The notes under the pieces are model-generated. The model was not told the DNA's origin. It saw only the letters and a list, made by a program, of their open reading frames with translations, and ran no database searches. A stretch of DNA of 64,000 bases from an uncultured Planctomycetaceae bacterium. Its GTDB lineage: Bacteria > Planctomycetota > Planctomycetia > Isosphaerales > Isosphaeraceae. Both the position numbers and the translations under genes were made by a program. Shown here in pieces: positions 1 to 10,425 of the stretch; within the stretch, counting starts at the first letter, position 1, and the number at the start of each line of letters is the position of its first letter. The stretch spans positions 3,744,001-3,808,000 of the forward strand of contig CAWIAD010000002.1 in the NCBI GenBank assembly GCA_963833985.1, written 5' to 3'.

Positions 1-1135
1 CCTCGGCGTGGACCCGCCCGCCACTACTGGCCACGGCGCGGGTCCCATCGCGAGAGACGGCCAGGCTATCGATGGTCGTCGGGTGTCGATACAGCGGCGA
101 GCCGTACCGCAGTATGGCTCCCCCGGGAAGCTGATCCCCGGCCCTGGGTTTCCTGGCAGGCAAGACGGGCTCTTCCTTTCGTAAAACCGAAACGGAGTTC
201 TCCGACAGTTGGCGTGGAGCGGCTCTCTCCTCGCTGCCGTCCACCCGTTGAGCCGGGTTGCCGCGACCCAGGCCGATGGCCCCGGCCGCCACGACGGTCA
301 TTCCCATGAAGATGGCGGCCGCGACGCCGAGGCGGGGCAGCAGGCGTTGCCAGAGCAGGGTCGTGAGCACGCCCCGCGCCAGCCTGCCTATCGAGGCGGC
401 AGCCAGGCGCGGATCCGCGCCGGCGCCGAGGACGACCGCCTGCTGAAGGGACGCGGGCATGGGTACAGCGAAACGCGGCACCGGAAGATCGCCCCTGAGT
501 AGCAGGCTGGCTGATGGCGAAAAAATGGCGGGGTTGGTGCGCTCCAGCCGCCGGCGGAGCCGCGCGCGGGCGGTGGAGAGCCGGCTCTTGATCGTCCCGA
601 CCGGACAGCGCAGGACCTGCGCAGCCTCCTCGTAAGTCCGGCCTTCCATGTGGCAAAGCACCAATGCCGCGCGAAACCGCTCGGGGAGCCGGCCAATCTC
701 CTCGTGCAAGGCCCGCTCAACGTCGTCCGGAGACAGGCTGCCGCTCTCGGTACTGACCGCCCGCGAGGCGGCCCAACGCCTCTCGTGAGCCCGGCGCCGC
801 GCCGAGGCGGCACGGGCTCTGCTCGCGACGCGGAGGGCCACTCCGTACAGCCAGCTTGCCAGGGAGTCGCGCTGGCGAATCGCTCCGGCGGATCGGGCCA
901 GCACCAGGAAGGTTGCCTGAAACGCATCCTGGGCATCGTGATGTTCGCCCAGGATCGCGCGGCAGACCCCCAGAACCATGGGACCGTGCCGTTCCAGGAG
1001 CGCCGTGAAGGCCAGGTCATCACGCCGCGCAGCGTACCTCTCCAGCAGTTGACTGTCGCTCGCACCGGTGAGCGTGCCGGCTTCGAGCAGGAGTCGGACA
1101 TGGCTTGCGACCGCAATGTGTTCGGGATTGTCCAT
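1..1135 (-). CDS. ECF-type RNA polymerase sigma-70 factor with C-terminal extension (TM segment, probable beta-propeller start); runs off window edge
   Basis: Hand translation from ATG 1135: MDNPEHIAVASHVRLLLEAGTLTGASDSQLLERY...AFTALLERHGPMVLGVC...DAQDAFQATFLVLAR...SLASWLYGVA (region 2) ...LPERFRAALVLCHMEGRTYEEAAQVLRCPVGTIKSRL (region 4). No stop in window, so absent from the ORF track. Confidence 0.9.
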   Translation of the reverse strand, partial: MDNPEHIAVASHVRLLLEAGTLTGASDSQLLERYAARRDDLAFTALLERHGPMVLGVCRAILGEHHDAQDAFQATFLVLARSAGAIRQRDSLASWLYGVALRVASRARAASARRRAHERRWAASRAVSTESGSLSPDDVERALHEEIGRLPERFRAALVLCHMEGRTYEEAAQVLRCPVGTIKSRLSTARARLRRRLERTNPAIFSPSASLLLRGDLPVPRFAVPMPASLQQAVVLGAGADPRLAAASIGRLARGVLTTLLWQRLLPRLGVAAAIFMGMTVVAAGAIGLGRGNPAQRVDGSEERAAPRQLSENSVSVLRKEEPVLPARKPRAGDQLPGGAILRYGSPLYRHPTTIDSLAVSRDGTRAVASSGGRVHAE

Positions 1136-1475
1136 GGATAAATCTCCGGAACCTGAGTCTTTCCGGAATGAGTGCCTCGACGGAAGGCGATTGTTCGTTT
1201 TTTCTCGACGAACGCCGAATACTTGAAGGGTGCGCAGGGTGCCAGGCGGGGCCCACCCCGGACCCATTGCCGGCGAGCATGTTGCGCAAGGTCGTCCCGG
1301 GACCCGTTAGCGGGCTGGCAATGCCCCAGCACGCGTTGCCTTCGATCTGGCAACCTGCACCGAGTTTCCCGTTGCCGGGTCGTTCGAGGCAGCCCAAGTT
1401 GTTTATTAACATAGCTTTATGGTCAATACCGTTGAAATAGTGTTAACGAAAACGGGGCAAGAGGTTTGCAACAGA

Positions 1476-1565
1476 CTTGTTCCCACGCTCTGCGTGGGAA
1501 CACCGGTCGGGACGTTCTGCGTCCCATGGATTTCCCAGCTTCAGCACGGGCCCAATCGACGCGGA
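1476..1565. repeat. REP-like palindromic element, left part
   Basis: cttGTTCCCACGCtctGCGTGGGAAC hairpin (1476-1501), inner gacgttctgcgtc, and gacgcgga abutting the IS end. Confidence 0.75.
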
Positions 1566-3215
1566 GAGGCTGTGATTTTTTCGGAGATCCCCATTGTACT
1601 GAAAATGTGATCATGATATAATTCAGAACAGCGATGGCCCTCCGTCCTGCTGGCGTTTGCACCCACTCATCCCCGCGAGGCTCCCGTGACAATCCTCCCC
1701 CTGCTGCCGGACAACCTCCCCGAGCCCACCCCCGAGCAGGCCGCCAACACGCCCGGTCGGGGCAAACCCAGGCTTCGGGTCCCGCACCGCGATCAGGTTG
1801 AATTCACCTGGACCTCGCTCGACGATCGCCTCGATCCCGACTCTCAGGCCCGCGTCGTCTGGACCATGGTCTGCCGCCTGGACCACGACGCCTGGCTCGC
1901 CGACATCAAGGCCGTCGAGGGCCACGTCGGCCGCGACGCCACCGACCCCCGGTTGCTGGTCGCGCTCTGGGTGTTCGCCACCCTCAAGGGGGTCGGCAGT
2001 GCGCGCGAGCTGGAACGCCTCTGCAAGAACCACCTCGCCTACCAGTGGCTCTGCGGTGGCGTCTCGGTGAACTACCACATGCTCGCCGACTTCCGCTCCC
2101 AGGGAGGCGAGAAGTGGGACGAAATGCTCACCCAGATCGTCGCCACGCTCATGGACGAAGGCTTGGTCACCATGGAGCGGGTGGCCCAGGATGGCATGCG
2201 GGTGCGGGCCGACGCCGGTAAAAGTTCCTTCCGCAGTGGGGAGCGGCTCAAGGAGTTGCTGGCCGAGTCCGAAGCACAGGTCCAGGCGCTCAAAGAACTG
2301 GCTGAAACCAACCCTGACGAACTGTCGAAACGGCAGCGGGCCGCCTGCGCGCGTGCTGCGGCAGAGCGTCAAGCGCGGATCGAGGAGGCGGCACGCCATT
2401 GCGAGGAGTTGCGGCAGAAGAAAGAGAAAAGAAACAAGGGGAGAAAAGAGAAATCGTCCGAGGCGCGCGCGTCGACCACCGATCCGGAGGCGCGGAACAT
2501 CAACTTCAGCGACGGCGGCTATCGCCCCGCGTTCAACGTGCAGTTCGCCACCGACACGGCGACAGGCATCGTGGTGGGGGTGGACGTGACCAACGCCGGC
2601 ACCGACAGCGAGGAAATGCCGCCGATGCTCGATCAACTGGAGACGCGTTACAACGACGTGCCGGATGAGATGCTTGTCGATGGTGGGTTTGCATCTTTGG
2701 ACGCGATTGATGCGGTCGAGGAGCGTGGCTGCAAGGTGTATGCACCGATCAAGGACCAGGAGAAGCAGAAGGAGGCGGGCAAAGACCCGTACGCCCGCAA
2801 GCCGCACGACACGGACAACACTGCGGCGTGGCGGGAGCGGATGGGCACGGAGGCGGCGCAGTTGATCTACAAGCTGCGGGCCCAGACGGCGGAGTGGGTT
2901 AACGCGATGTGCCGTAATAGAGGGCTTTGGCGGATGCCGGTGCGTGGCCGGACAAAATGTCGGATCGTGGCGACGCTGTACGCGATCACGCATAATCTGA
3001 TGCACCAGGGGAACGTGCGCGCGGCGGTCGCGGAGGGGCAGGGATGAGGTAAAAAGGGGTAGAAAACAGGCAGCGGAGGGCATTTTCGAGCCTCGATAGC
3101 GGAGAGAACACCCACAGGTGACGTGATCGCAGGGGAACTACCGCGACCCCGACCCCTGATCAATCGACGCACGCCGATGGGAAAACCCGCCGTGCGGTCG
3201 AAAACTCACAGTCTC
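1566..3215 (+). mobile_element. Insertion sequence, IS1182-type
   Basis: Left end GAGGCTGTGATTTTTTCG; reverse complement of right end GAGACTGTGAGTTTTCGA; GGA direct repeat at 1563-1565 and 3216-3218. Confidence 0.88.
1686..3047 (+). CDS. IS1182-family DDE transposase
   Basis: GRDATDPRLLVALW, SARELERLC..LAYQWLCGG, VAQDGMRVRADA, YRPAFNVQ, MLVDGGF, YKLRAQTAEW motifs. Confidence 0.9.
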   Translation: MTILPLLPDNLPEPTPEQAANTPGRGKPRLRVPHRDQVEFTWTSLDDRLDPDSQARVVWTMVCRLDHDAWLADIKAVEGHVGRDATDPRLLVALWVFATLKGVGSARELERLCKNHLAYQWLCGGVSVNYHMLADFRSQGGEKWDEMLTQIVATLMDEGLVTMERVAQDGMRVRADAGKSSFRSGERLKELLAESEAQVQALKELAETNPDELSKRQRAACARAAAERQARIEEAARHCEELRQKKEKRNKGRKEKSSEARASTTDPEARNINFSDGGYRPAFNVQFATDTATGIVVGVDVTNAGTDSEEMPPMLDQLETRYNDVPDEMLVDGGFASLDAIDAVEERGCKVYAPIKDQEKQKEAGKDPYARKPHDTDNTAAWRERMGTEAAQLIYKLRAQTAEWVNAMCRNRGLWRMPVRGRTKCRIVATLYAITHNLMHQGNVRAAVAEGQG

Positions 3216-3258
3216 GGAGCGTCGCAGACGGCATTCCCACGCGGAACGTGGGAACGAG
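3216..3258. repeat. REP-like palindromic element, right part
   Basis: ggagcgtc...gcaTTCCCACGcggaaCGTGGGAAcgag, an inverted copy of the 1476-1501 unit. Confidence 0.75.
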
Positions 3259-3457
3259 GGACAAACCTCTGCCTGCGCTCGACTTATCGCTATTTCAGCG
3301 GTATTCGGTTTTGGGTTGAATGAATGGGTGCTTTTCCAGAGGAAGAACCTGCCCGGTCCTTGACTGTCGCAGCACCTGGTAACCTGGGCTGGGCCCCGGG
3401 TGATGAGTTCTCGGCTGTGGCCCCGCGGCAAGAGCGCGCACAACGCTTCAGAACACG

Positions 3458-3486
3458 TTGCCATCGAAGGGGTGCATGGTTATACT
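3458..3486 (+). promoter_or_regulatory. Putative sigma70 promoter of ffh
   Basis: TTGCCA-17bp-TATACT, 42 bp upstream of the ATG. Confidence 0.6.
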
Positions 3487-3528
3487 CGTTGGTTCGCAAT
3501 CCTCGGTGAGCTGGGTGTCTGATCCGTC

Positions 3529-5015
3529 ATGTTCAACGATCTTCAACAACGTCTCTCCTCGGCCTTCAAGCGCTTCCGGGTCAGCGGCATTCTGACCGAG
3601 GCGAACATGAAGGAAGGTCTGCGCGAGGTCCGCACCGCGCTGCTCGAGGCCGACGTCAACTTCAAGGTCGTCCAGGAATTCATGGATCGGGTTTCCGCCA
3701 AGGCGGCGGGAACCAACCTGATCAAGGCAGTTCGGCCCGAGCAGCAGATCGTCCAGATCGTGCACGATGAGCTGATCGAGCCTCATGGGGCCCGTTGATC
3801 CGTCGATTCGCTTCGAGAAGTCCGGCGCCACGGTGCTGATGCTCTGCGGCTTGCAGGGGTCGGGCAAGACGACGACCTGCGGCAAGCTGGCCAAACTGCT
3901 GGCCGCTCAAGGGCGCAAGCCGATGCTCGTTGCGGCCGACTTGCAGCGCCCGGCGGCCATCGAGCAGCTCAGGGTGATTGGCGGGCAGCTCAACGTGCCG
4001 GTGTTCAGCCAGGAGCAGTCGACTCCCATCAAGGTTTGCCAGGAAGCCCTGGCGGAGGCGAACCGGCAGGGCTGCGACACGCTCATCCTCGACACGGCCG
4101 GCCGGCTGCACGTCGATGATGAGCTCATGAACGAACTGGTGCAGATTGAGAAGAAGGTCAAGCCGCACCAGGTCTTTTTCGTCTGCGACGCCATGACCGG
4201 CCAGGACGCCGTGGCCTCGGCCGAGGCGTTCAACGCCGCGCTCGAGCTCGATGGCGTGATCCTCACCAAGCTGGACGGCGATGCCCGCGGCGGAGCGGCG
4301 CTCTCGGTCCGCAAGGTGACCGGCGTGCCCGTCAAGTTCGTGGGCAAGGGCGAAAAGCTCGACAGGCTGGAGGCGTTCGAGCCGGAGCGGCTGGTCGGCC
4401 AGATGCTGGGCATGGGCGACATCGTCGACCTGGTGCGGACGGCCCAGCAGGTGGTTGATGAGGAAGAGGCCAAGCGGCAGCAGGAACGGCTGGCGAAGGG
4501 GAAGTTCGACCTCAACGACTTTCGCCAGCAGATCATCCAGATGAAGAAGATGGGCTCGGTTGGGGAGCTGCATGAGCAAGATCCCCGGGCTCAACGAGAT
4601 GTCTTCCGACCTCGGCGGCATCGACGCCGACAGCGAGATCAAGCGCATCCAGGGCATCATCGACAGCATGACCCAGCTGGAGCGCAGCCGTCCGGACCTG
4701 ATCGACATGTCGCGGAGGCGGCGGATCGCCGCGGGCGCGGGGGTCGATCCATCGGACGTCTCCGGGCTGGTCAAGCAGTTCGACGCCATGGCCGCCTTCG
4801 TCCGCTCGATGTCGCAGATGAGCATGCTGGAAAAGCTGCGTGCGCTCACGGGCCTGGGACGGGCGGCCGCCAGCAACCCTGGCGCCCGGCTGTTCGCGCC
4901 GAAGGTTGGCACGGGCAAGCGGCTGTCGCCCAAGGAACGTGAGAAGCTGCGAAAACAACGCGAGAAAGAAGAGCGCAAACGGCGCCGCGAGGAGCGAGGC
5001 CGACCGACCACATGA
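3529..5015 (+). CDS. ffh: Signal recognition particle protein Ffh (two apparent frameshifts near 3781 and 4570)
   Basis: [34 protein letters not shown] and M-domain [19 protein letters not shown] spread over ORFs 3529-3798, 3785-4942 and 4560-5015. Confidence 0.95.
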
Positions 5016-5254
5016 GCGCCCGGCCCGCTCTGGCGTGACCCTGCCGGGTCACCACGACATCCCCGATCAAGGGCCGGTGACGGCTTGCCACCAGGGACCG
5101 CTGGCGGCGACCCGGCGTGATCGCGACATCACCGGCTGGCCGGTCACTGGCGGCCGGCAAACGAGTCTTGCTGATTTTCTGGAGTTGCGTCCGGGCCCGC
5201 CACGTTGGAATCGGGCCGGTAAGGTTCCTGGTTGATCTGAAGAGGAGAACGCGA

Positions 5255-5602
5255 GTGGTTCGATTACGAATGAAGTCCTTCGGGCGCAGGCACCGCCCCT
5301 TTTTCCGGATCTGCGCGATGGACTCGCGGACACCCCGCGACGGCCGTTCCATCGAGGAGCTGGGGCACTACGACCCCATGAATCCGAATGCCGAGACGCA
5401 GACGATCCTGAACATCGACCGGATCCGCTACTGGCTGGGTGTGGGCGCGCAGCCTTCGCACAAGGTCCAGGCGCTGCTGAACCGGCACGGCGTGAAGAAA
5501 CCGGCGCCCGGCGAACCCTGGCAGCTGCCCAGGCCCGTTGCGGTCGAGCCGCCCCCGGCCACCGCACCGCAGCCCGAGGCGGCCATGCCGCAGCCTTCCT
5601 GA
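5255..5602 (+). CDS. rpsP: 30S ribosomal protein S16
   Basis: VRLRMKSFGRRHRPFFRI..DSRTPRDGRSIEELGHYDP...GAQPS; GTG start after AGGAG. Confidence 0.95.
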   Translation: MVRLRMKSFGRRHRPFFRICAMDSRTPRDGRSIEELGHYDPMNPNAETQTILNIDRIRYWLGVGAQPSHKVQALLNRHGVKKPAPGEPWQLPRPVAVEPPPATAPQPEAAMPQPS

Positions 5603-5618
5603 GCGAAAGTGGTCCGCC

Positions 5619-6302
5619 ATGGACGTGCCGTCGCTCCGCATCGATGTGCTCACGCTCTTTCCAGCGCTCTTTGATGGCTTCCTGAGTCAGAGCATCGTGC
5701 GGCGGGCGATCGACAAGGACCTGGTGGCCATCCATTGCTGGGACCTCCGCGAGTGGGCCCCCGGCAGGCACAGGCAGGTGGACGACCGCCCCTTCGGCGG
5801 AGGGCCGGGCATGGTCCTCATGGCCCCTGTTGTCGTGGCCGCGGCCGAAGCCGTGCAGGCGCGGGCCGAGCCGCCCGGAACGCTGATCATGCTCTCGCCG
5901 CAAGGCCCGCGTCTCGATCAACGCCGGGTCGTCGAGCTGTCTGGCCGGCAGCGGCTGGTCCTGCTCTGCGGGCGGTACGAGGGGTTCGACGAGCGCATTG
6001 TCGAGGTCCTCGAACCGGAACTGCTCTCGATCGGCGATTTCGTCGTCTCCGGAGGTGAGGTCGCAGCCATGGTGGTCATCGACGCAGTGGTCCGGCTGGT
6101 CCCCGGAGTCCTGGGAGACGCGCAGAGCGCGGTCGATGAATCGTTCGGTCCTGATGGCGGCCTGGAGTATCCACAGTACACGCGGCCCCGCGAGTTCCGG
6201 GGCAGAAACGTGCCCGAGGTGCTCTTGAGCGGCGACCACGCCGCCATCGCCCGCTGGCGTACGCAGCACCGCCGTCCTTCGCCTCATCTGGATTGCCACT
6301 GA
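5619..6302 (+). CDS. trmD: tRNA (guanine-N1)-methyltransferase
   Basis: IDVLTLFP, VDDRPFGGGPGMVL, LCGRYEGFDER, SIGDFVVSGGE, LEYPQYTRP. Confidence 0.96.
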   Translation: MDVPSLRIDVLTLFPALFDGFLSQSIVRRAIDKDLVAIHCWDLREWAPGRHRQVDDRPFGGGPGMVLMAPVVVAAAEAVQARAEPPGTLIMLSPQGPRLDQRRVVELSGRQRLVLLCGRYEGFDERIVEVLEPELLSIGDFVVSGGEVAAMVVIDAVVRLVPGVLGDAQSAVDESFGPDGGLEYPQYTRPREFRGRNVPEVLLSGDHAAIARWRTQHRRPSPHLDCH

Positions 6303-6372
6303 GCCGGCTCGCCTGACCATCAGGCCCAGAACACCCTCTACAGAACTTCGATCTGAACGAAAGGAAATCCCG

Positions 6373-6834
6373 ATGCAGAATCGCTTGATGAGCATGGTCG
6401 AGCAAGGCAGCATGAAAACCGCGGTGCCGAAGTTCGACATCGGCGACACGGTGGACGTGCACGTGCGCATCCTGGAAGGTGACAAGGAGCGGATCCAGAT
6501 CTTCAACGGCGTGGTCATCGCCCGCTCGGGAGGTGGTACCCGCGAGATGTTCGTGGTGCGCCGGATCGTGCAAGGCGAGGGCGTGGAGCGTAAGTTTCCG
6601 CTCCACTCGCCACGCATCGCCGACATCGTGGTCAAGCGGTCGGGCAAGGTGCGCCGAGCCAAGCTGTACTTCCTGCGCGAGCGGTCGGGCAAGTCGGTCC
6701 GCCTCAAGGAGCGGTTCACGACGAGCGCCGCGGTGACCGAGGCCAAGGCTGCCGCCAAGGCTGAACGGAAGGCCGCAAAGGTGGCGAGTCGAAAAGCCAA
6801 GGCAGAGGCCACGGCCGCAGCACGGTCAAAGTGA
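6373..6834 (+). CDS. rplS: 50S ribosomal protein L19
   Basis: GDTVDVHVRILEGDKERIQIFNGVVI...GEGVERKFPLHSP...VRRAKLYFLR. Confidence 0.96.
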   Translation: MQNRLMSMVEQGSMKTAVPKFDIGDTVDVHVRILEGDKERIQIFNGVVIARSGGGTREMFVVRRIVQGEGVERKFPLHSPRIADIVVKRSGKVRRAKLYFLRERSGKSVRLKERFTTSAAVTEAKAAAKAERKAAKVASRKAKAEATAAARSK

Positions 6835-6841
6835 CCTTGGC

Positions 6842-8312
6842 TCAGTCGTGAGCCGCGCGGAACTTTCGACCCGGCCCGCCGGTCGTCCTCGACAGGTCCC
6901 GAAAAGGACTCGCCGCGAATACTCCGGACCGGACGGCCAATGCAATGAGTCTCACGGCTCGACGGGAAACTCGAGCCCGGCGCGGGTGTCGGCCGTGGAC
7001 GGCTGCACAGCAGGCTGCGCAGGGCAGCGTGATGGTAATGGCCAGTCCCGGACCGGCGTTACGGGCCTCGATCTTACCCTGGTGAACCTCGACGGCCCGG
7101 CGCGCGATGGCCAGGCCCAGGCCGACTCCTCCGCTGGCCCGGCTGCGGTCGTTCTCCACCCGGAAAAATGGCTTGAAGATGGCGGCGAGGTGTTGCTGCG
7201 GCACGCCTGGTCCATGATCGCGGACCGACACCGTGGCGAGGCCGCCACTGAGGCTCAGCGCGATGTCCACGGCCGCGCCCTCCGGTGAATGTCGGATCGC
7301 GTTACGGACGACGTTCTCCACGGCGCGATGCAGCAGCTCCTGTTCTCCGGTGAGCGTGGCGGGCTCCAGCTCCTGAATCCGCAGATGGCAGCCGCGTGTC
7401 GCCGCCTCGAGATTGCAGGTGGCGACGATCTCCTGTACCAGGAGATGCAGTCCGACGCGACCACGCGTGCCGGCCGACGGGTCGCCTTCGATGCGAGTGA
7501 GCTGGAGTAACTCCCCGACGAGCGAGGTCATGCGCTCGGCCTCCTTGCGCACGCGTGCCAGGGCTTCATCACGCTCTTCGTCCTCGCGTGCCAGCTCAAC
7601 CGCGAAGCTGAGGCGTGCCAGGGGCGAGCGCAGCTCGTGCGACACGTCCTGGAGCAATCGGCGCTCGGCCGCCAGCAGGGTCTCGATACGGTCGGCCATC
7701 TCGTCGAACGCCCGCGCCAGCTCGCCGATCTCGTCCTGACGCGCGGAGCCGGAACGCGCCGCAAGCTCGCCCTTGCCAAATCGCTCGACCACCTGCCGCA
7801 GCTTTCGTAGGGGTGCCGCCAGGTGGAGCGCGAGAATTGTGGCCATGCCGGCAATGACCAGCACCACCGCTCCCAGGTAAGGGAAAATGCTCGGCGGCTG
7901 CCACCAGGGCCGCACGAGAGTGATGAATCGGTAGGGGCTGCCCCGCGAGGGACCCATCATGATCATCCGGCCGTCGTCCATGCGAGGCGGGCCGGTACCC
8001 GGAACAGGCGGTTGCAACAGCTCGGAGTGGTCTTCCCCGGTGACCAGATCGCGGCCGCGGGAGTTCAAGAGGATGTGCTTGCCCGGCAGGTAGGAATCCA
8101 GCCGGTGGAGATGTTCGGACAGGCGCTGCGGTCCCCCTTCCTCGTAAGCGCGGCGGACCTCGTCCTCGACCATCAAACTCATGCGGAAGAACGGGTCATT
8201 GTCTCTCGGCCCGCGCCGACTCGAGGGTGCGCGAGATGAAACGGTAGGCGAGCAGCGAAAGGACACACGTGACGAGCGACCAGATCAGGATCTTCGCCAG
8301 GATTGAGCGCAT
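6842..8312 (-). CDS. HAMP-domain sensor histidine kinase, CpxA-like (frameshift near 8215; true C-terminus uncertain)
   Basis: MRSILAKILIWS N-terminal TM in another frame; DEIGELARAFDEMA, DVSHELRSPL, ENVVRNAIRH, DHGPG, GLGLAI. Confidence 0.9.
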
Positions 8313-8313
8313 C

Positions 8314-9042
8314 TCAGGAATCCTGATCGGCCTGGCGAGTGGTCCGGAAAAGGTAGCCCACGCCGCGAACCGTGTGGATCAACGAGCCCAGGCTACCCAG
8401 TTTCTTCCTCAGGTTGCTGATATGCATGTCGAGCACGCGATCGAAGGGCGTGGCCTGACGCCGGTAGAGCGCCGCGGTGAGCTCGTCACGCGAGACGATC
8501 CTTCCCGAGGCCCGCACCAGGTACTCCAGGATGTCGTACTCGACCGTGGTGACCGCAAGCGGCGATCCGTCGCAGATCACCTCGCGCACCTTGGTGATGA
8601 GTTTGATTCCACCTTCCTCCATGACCTCCGTTCCACTGGGCGGACGGCTGGTGCGGCGCAGCACCGCCCGGATCCGGGCGAGAAGCTCGTCAGGACCGAA
8701 CGGCTTGGGCAGGTAGTCATCGGCGCCGGCGTCCAGACCACAGATCCGGTCGGACTCGGCCGTGCGGGCCGTGAGCATGATCACCGGGACCTGGCTCTGC
8801 CTGCGGAGTTGCCGCAGCAGCTCGAAGCCGTCCAGGCCCGGCATCATGACGTCCAGCAGGAGCAGGGTGTGGCCGCCGGTCAGTGCCCGCGCCAGGCCTC
8901 GCCGCCCGTCGTGAACCACTTCCAGATCGACGCTCCGCCGGGTGAAGAAGCGCTGCATCAGCTCACAGAGCTCGATGTCGTCATCAACCAGCAGGATCCT
9001 GATCTGTGCGGCGGTGGAGACGCCCGCGGAAAACTGGCTCAT
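8314..9042 (-). CDS. OmpR-family response regulator, CpxR-like
   Basis: ILLVDDD, LLDVMMPGLDG, MLTAR, GADDYLPKPF, winged helix DMHISNLRKKL..TVRGVGY. Confidence 0.92.
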   Translation of the reverse strand: MSQFSAGVSTAAQIRILLVDDDIELCELMQRFFTRRSVDLEVVHDGRRGLARALTGGHTLLLLDVMMPGLDGFELLRQLRRQSQVPVIMLTARTAESDRICGLDAGADDYLPKPFGPDELLARIRAVLRRTSRPPSGTEVMEEGGIKLITKVREVICDGSPLAVTTVEYDILEYLVRASGRIVSRDELTAALYRRQATPFDRVLDMHISNLRKKLGSLGSLIHTVRGVGYLFRTTRQADQDS

Positions 9043-10203
9043 TGGGGATCTTGGGGCATGGGCTCGAAATCGAGGCCAGGGTCGGACTCGAGCTCCGCGC
9101 CGCGCTCGCTGCTTGGTCTGTGCCTTGGTCCGGGCGCCCGTGCGGTTGCTGCGCATCGCGTTGGGAGCACCGGGACGGAGCAAGGCCGTATCGAATGGCT
9201 TGCCCTTCAGCTTCGCGAAGGCCGCTTTCTGCTCGGTGGTGAGCACGTCGGTCAGCTGCGAGGTCGCGGTGGTCCGGATCTTGTCCATGGCCTGGCGCAT
9301 CTTCTCAAACTGGGCGCGGAACTGGTCGTTGCCGCCGGGAGGGCCGCCTCCACCCTGGAAACCACCGGGAGGGCCGCCTCCACCCTGGAAACCACCGGGA
9401 GGGCCGCCTCCACCCTGGAAACCACCGGGAGGGCCGCCTCCACCCTGGAAACCACCGGGAGGGCCGCCGCCTCCCTGGAAACCGCCCTCCTCACCAGGAG
9501 CGCCGCCGGGAGGGCCGCCTCCACCCTGGAAGCCGCCGGGAGGGCCGCCTCCACCCTGGAAGCCGCCGGGAGGGCCGCCTCCCTGAATGCCATTTTCACC
9601 CGCCGCGCCACCCGGAGGGCCGCCGCCGGGCTGAGGGAACCCTTGCGGAGGGGCGGGCATGGCGGCACGTGTATCCGTTTGCATCTGGTTCACGATCGAC
9701 TTGACCTGTTCCGACTGTGCGGATGTCAGCTTGAGTTTCTTGGCGATTTCGGGTTTGCCGATGGCGAAGATTCCCTCGAGCTGAAGCTGGATCTCGCTGA
9801 CCCGCGTCTTCTGCTTGGGCTCCAGGATCTTGGCGATCGCGTCTTCCTGATCGCGCCTCAGCGCGTCCATGGACTTCATCATGCTCTGGAAGTCCCCGTT
9901 TTCCCGACGCGGTGAAGAGAAGGCCTGCCGGCGCTTCTGCGATACCGTGGCGTCCAGCTTCTTGAGCTGGGCCTTCTGCCGCTCGGTCAGACCAACCTCC
10001 TTCTGGATCGCGGGAGACATGACGAGCCAGGCACTACCTGATCCACCAGGACCACCGAAGCCTCCGGGACCACCGAAGCCTCCAGGGCCGCCAGGACCAG
10101 GCGGACCGCCGGGACCGCCGGGCGGACCCTGGGCGGTGGCGGGCCTTGCGAGCACCGCCAGCAGCAAAGCCATGGCTCCGATCGTGAAGTTCCTCCGCGA
10201 CAT
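9039..10203 (-). CDS. Secreted Gly/Pro-rich Spy/CpxP-like helical protein
   Basis: Signal peptide MSRRNFTIGAMALLLAVLARPATA; LTERQ, LTSAQ and LTTEQ motifs. In frame with the regulator as sequenced, but an alternative frame ends ..PQDPQ* overlapping the regulator ATG. Confidence 0.65.
9331..9586. repeat. 30-bp coding tandem repeat (GGFQGGGGPP)n
   Basis: accaccgggagggccgcctccaccctggaa x5 at 9331-9480, then about 3 more copies after a short spacer. Confidence 0.92.
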
Positions 10204-10297
10204 GAGAATGCTCCTCAATGCTAGGTGTGGGAACCCGGGACCATGCTCAGCGCCGGGCGTCCGTTCCCGCATTCTACACGGAGCCCGTTCCGCCGAC

Positions 10298-10312
10298 GTA
10301 AAAGAATGTAAA
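10298..10312. promoter_or_regulatory. CpxR-type box upstream of the Spy/regulator/kinase unit
   Basis: GTAAA-AGAAT-GTAAA; minus-strand TAGAAT at 10271-10276. Confidence 0.6.
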
Positions 10313-10425
10313 GAAGTGACCGCTCCGAACAGAGTGCGGACCCGGGACGTCCGCGGCCGGCGCGATCGCGCGGCTGGTCTTGCCCAGCAGCGATCTCGTC
10401 ACCCCCGCATGGGGTGCCGTTTTGC

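Noticed and set aside
3260..3450. SRP RNA or other ncRNA upstream of ffh
   Set aside because: No recognisable SRP helix-8 motif; a covariance search would be needed
9331..9586. CRISPR-like array
   Set aside because: Units are contiguous with no unique spacers, they are coding, and no cas genes are present
8314..10272. 652-aa fusion of a secreted Gly-rich protein to a response regulator
   Set aside because: A signal peptide on a DNA-binding regulator is implausible. An alternative frame ends ELESDPGLDFEPMPQDPQ* with the stop overlapping the regulator ATG, so a single indel explains the fusion.
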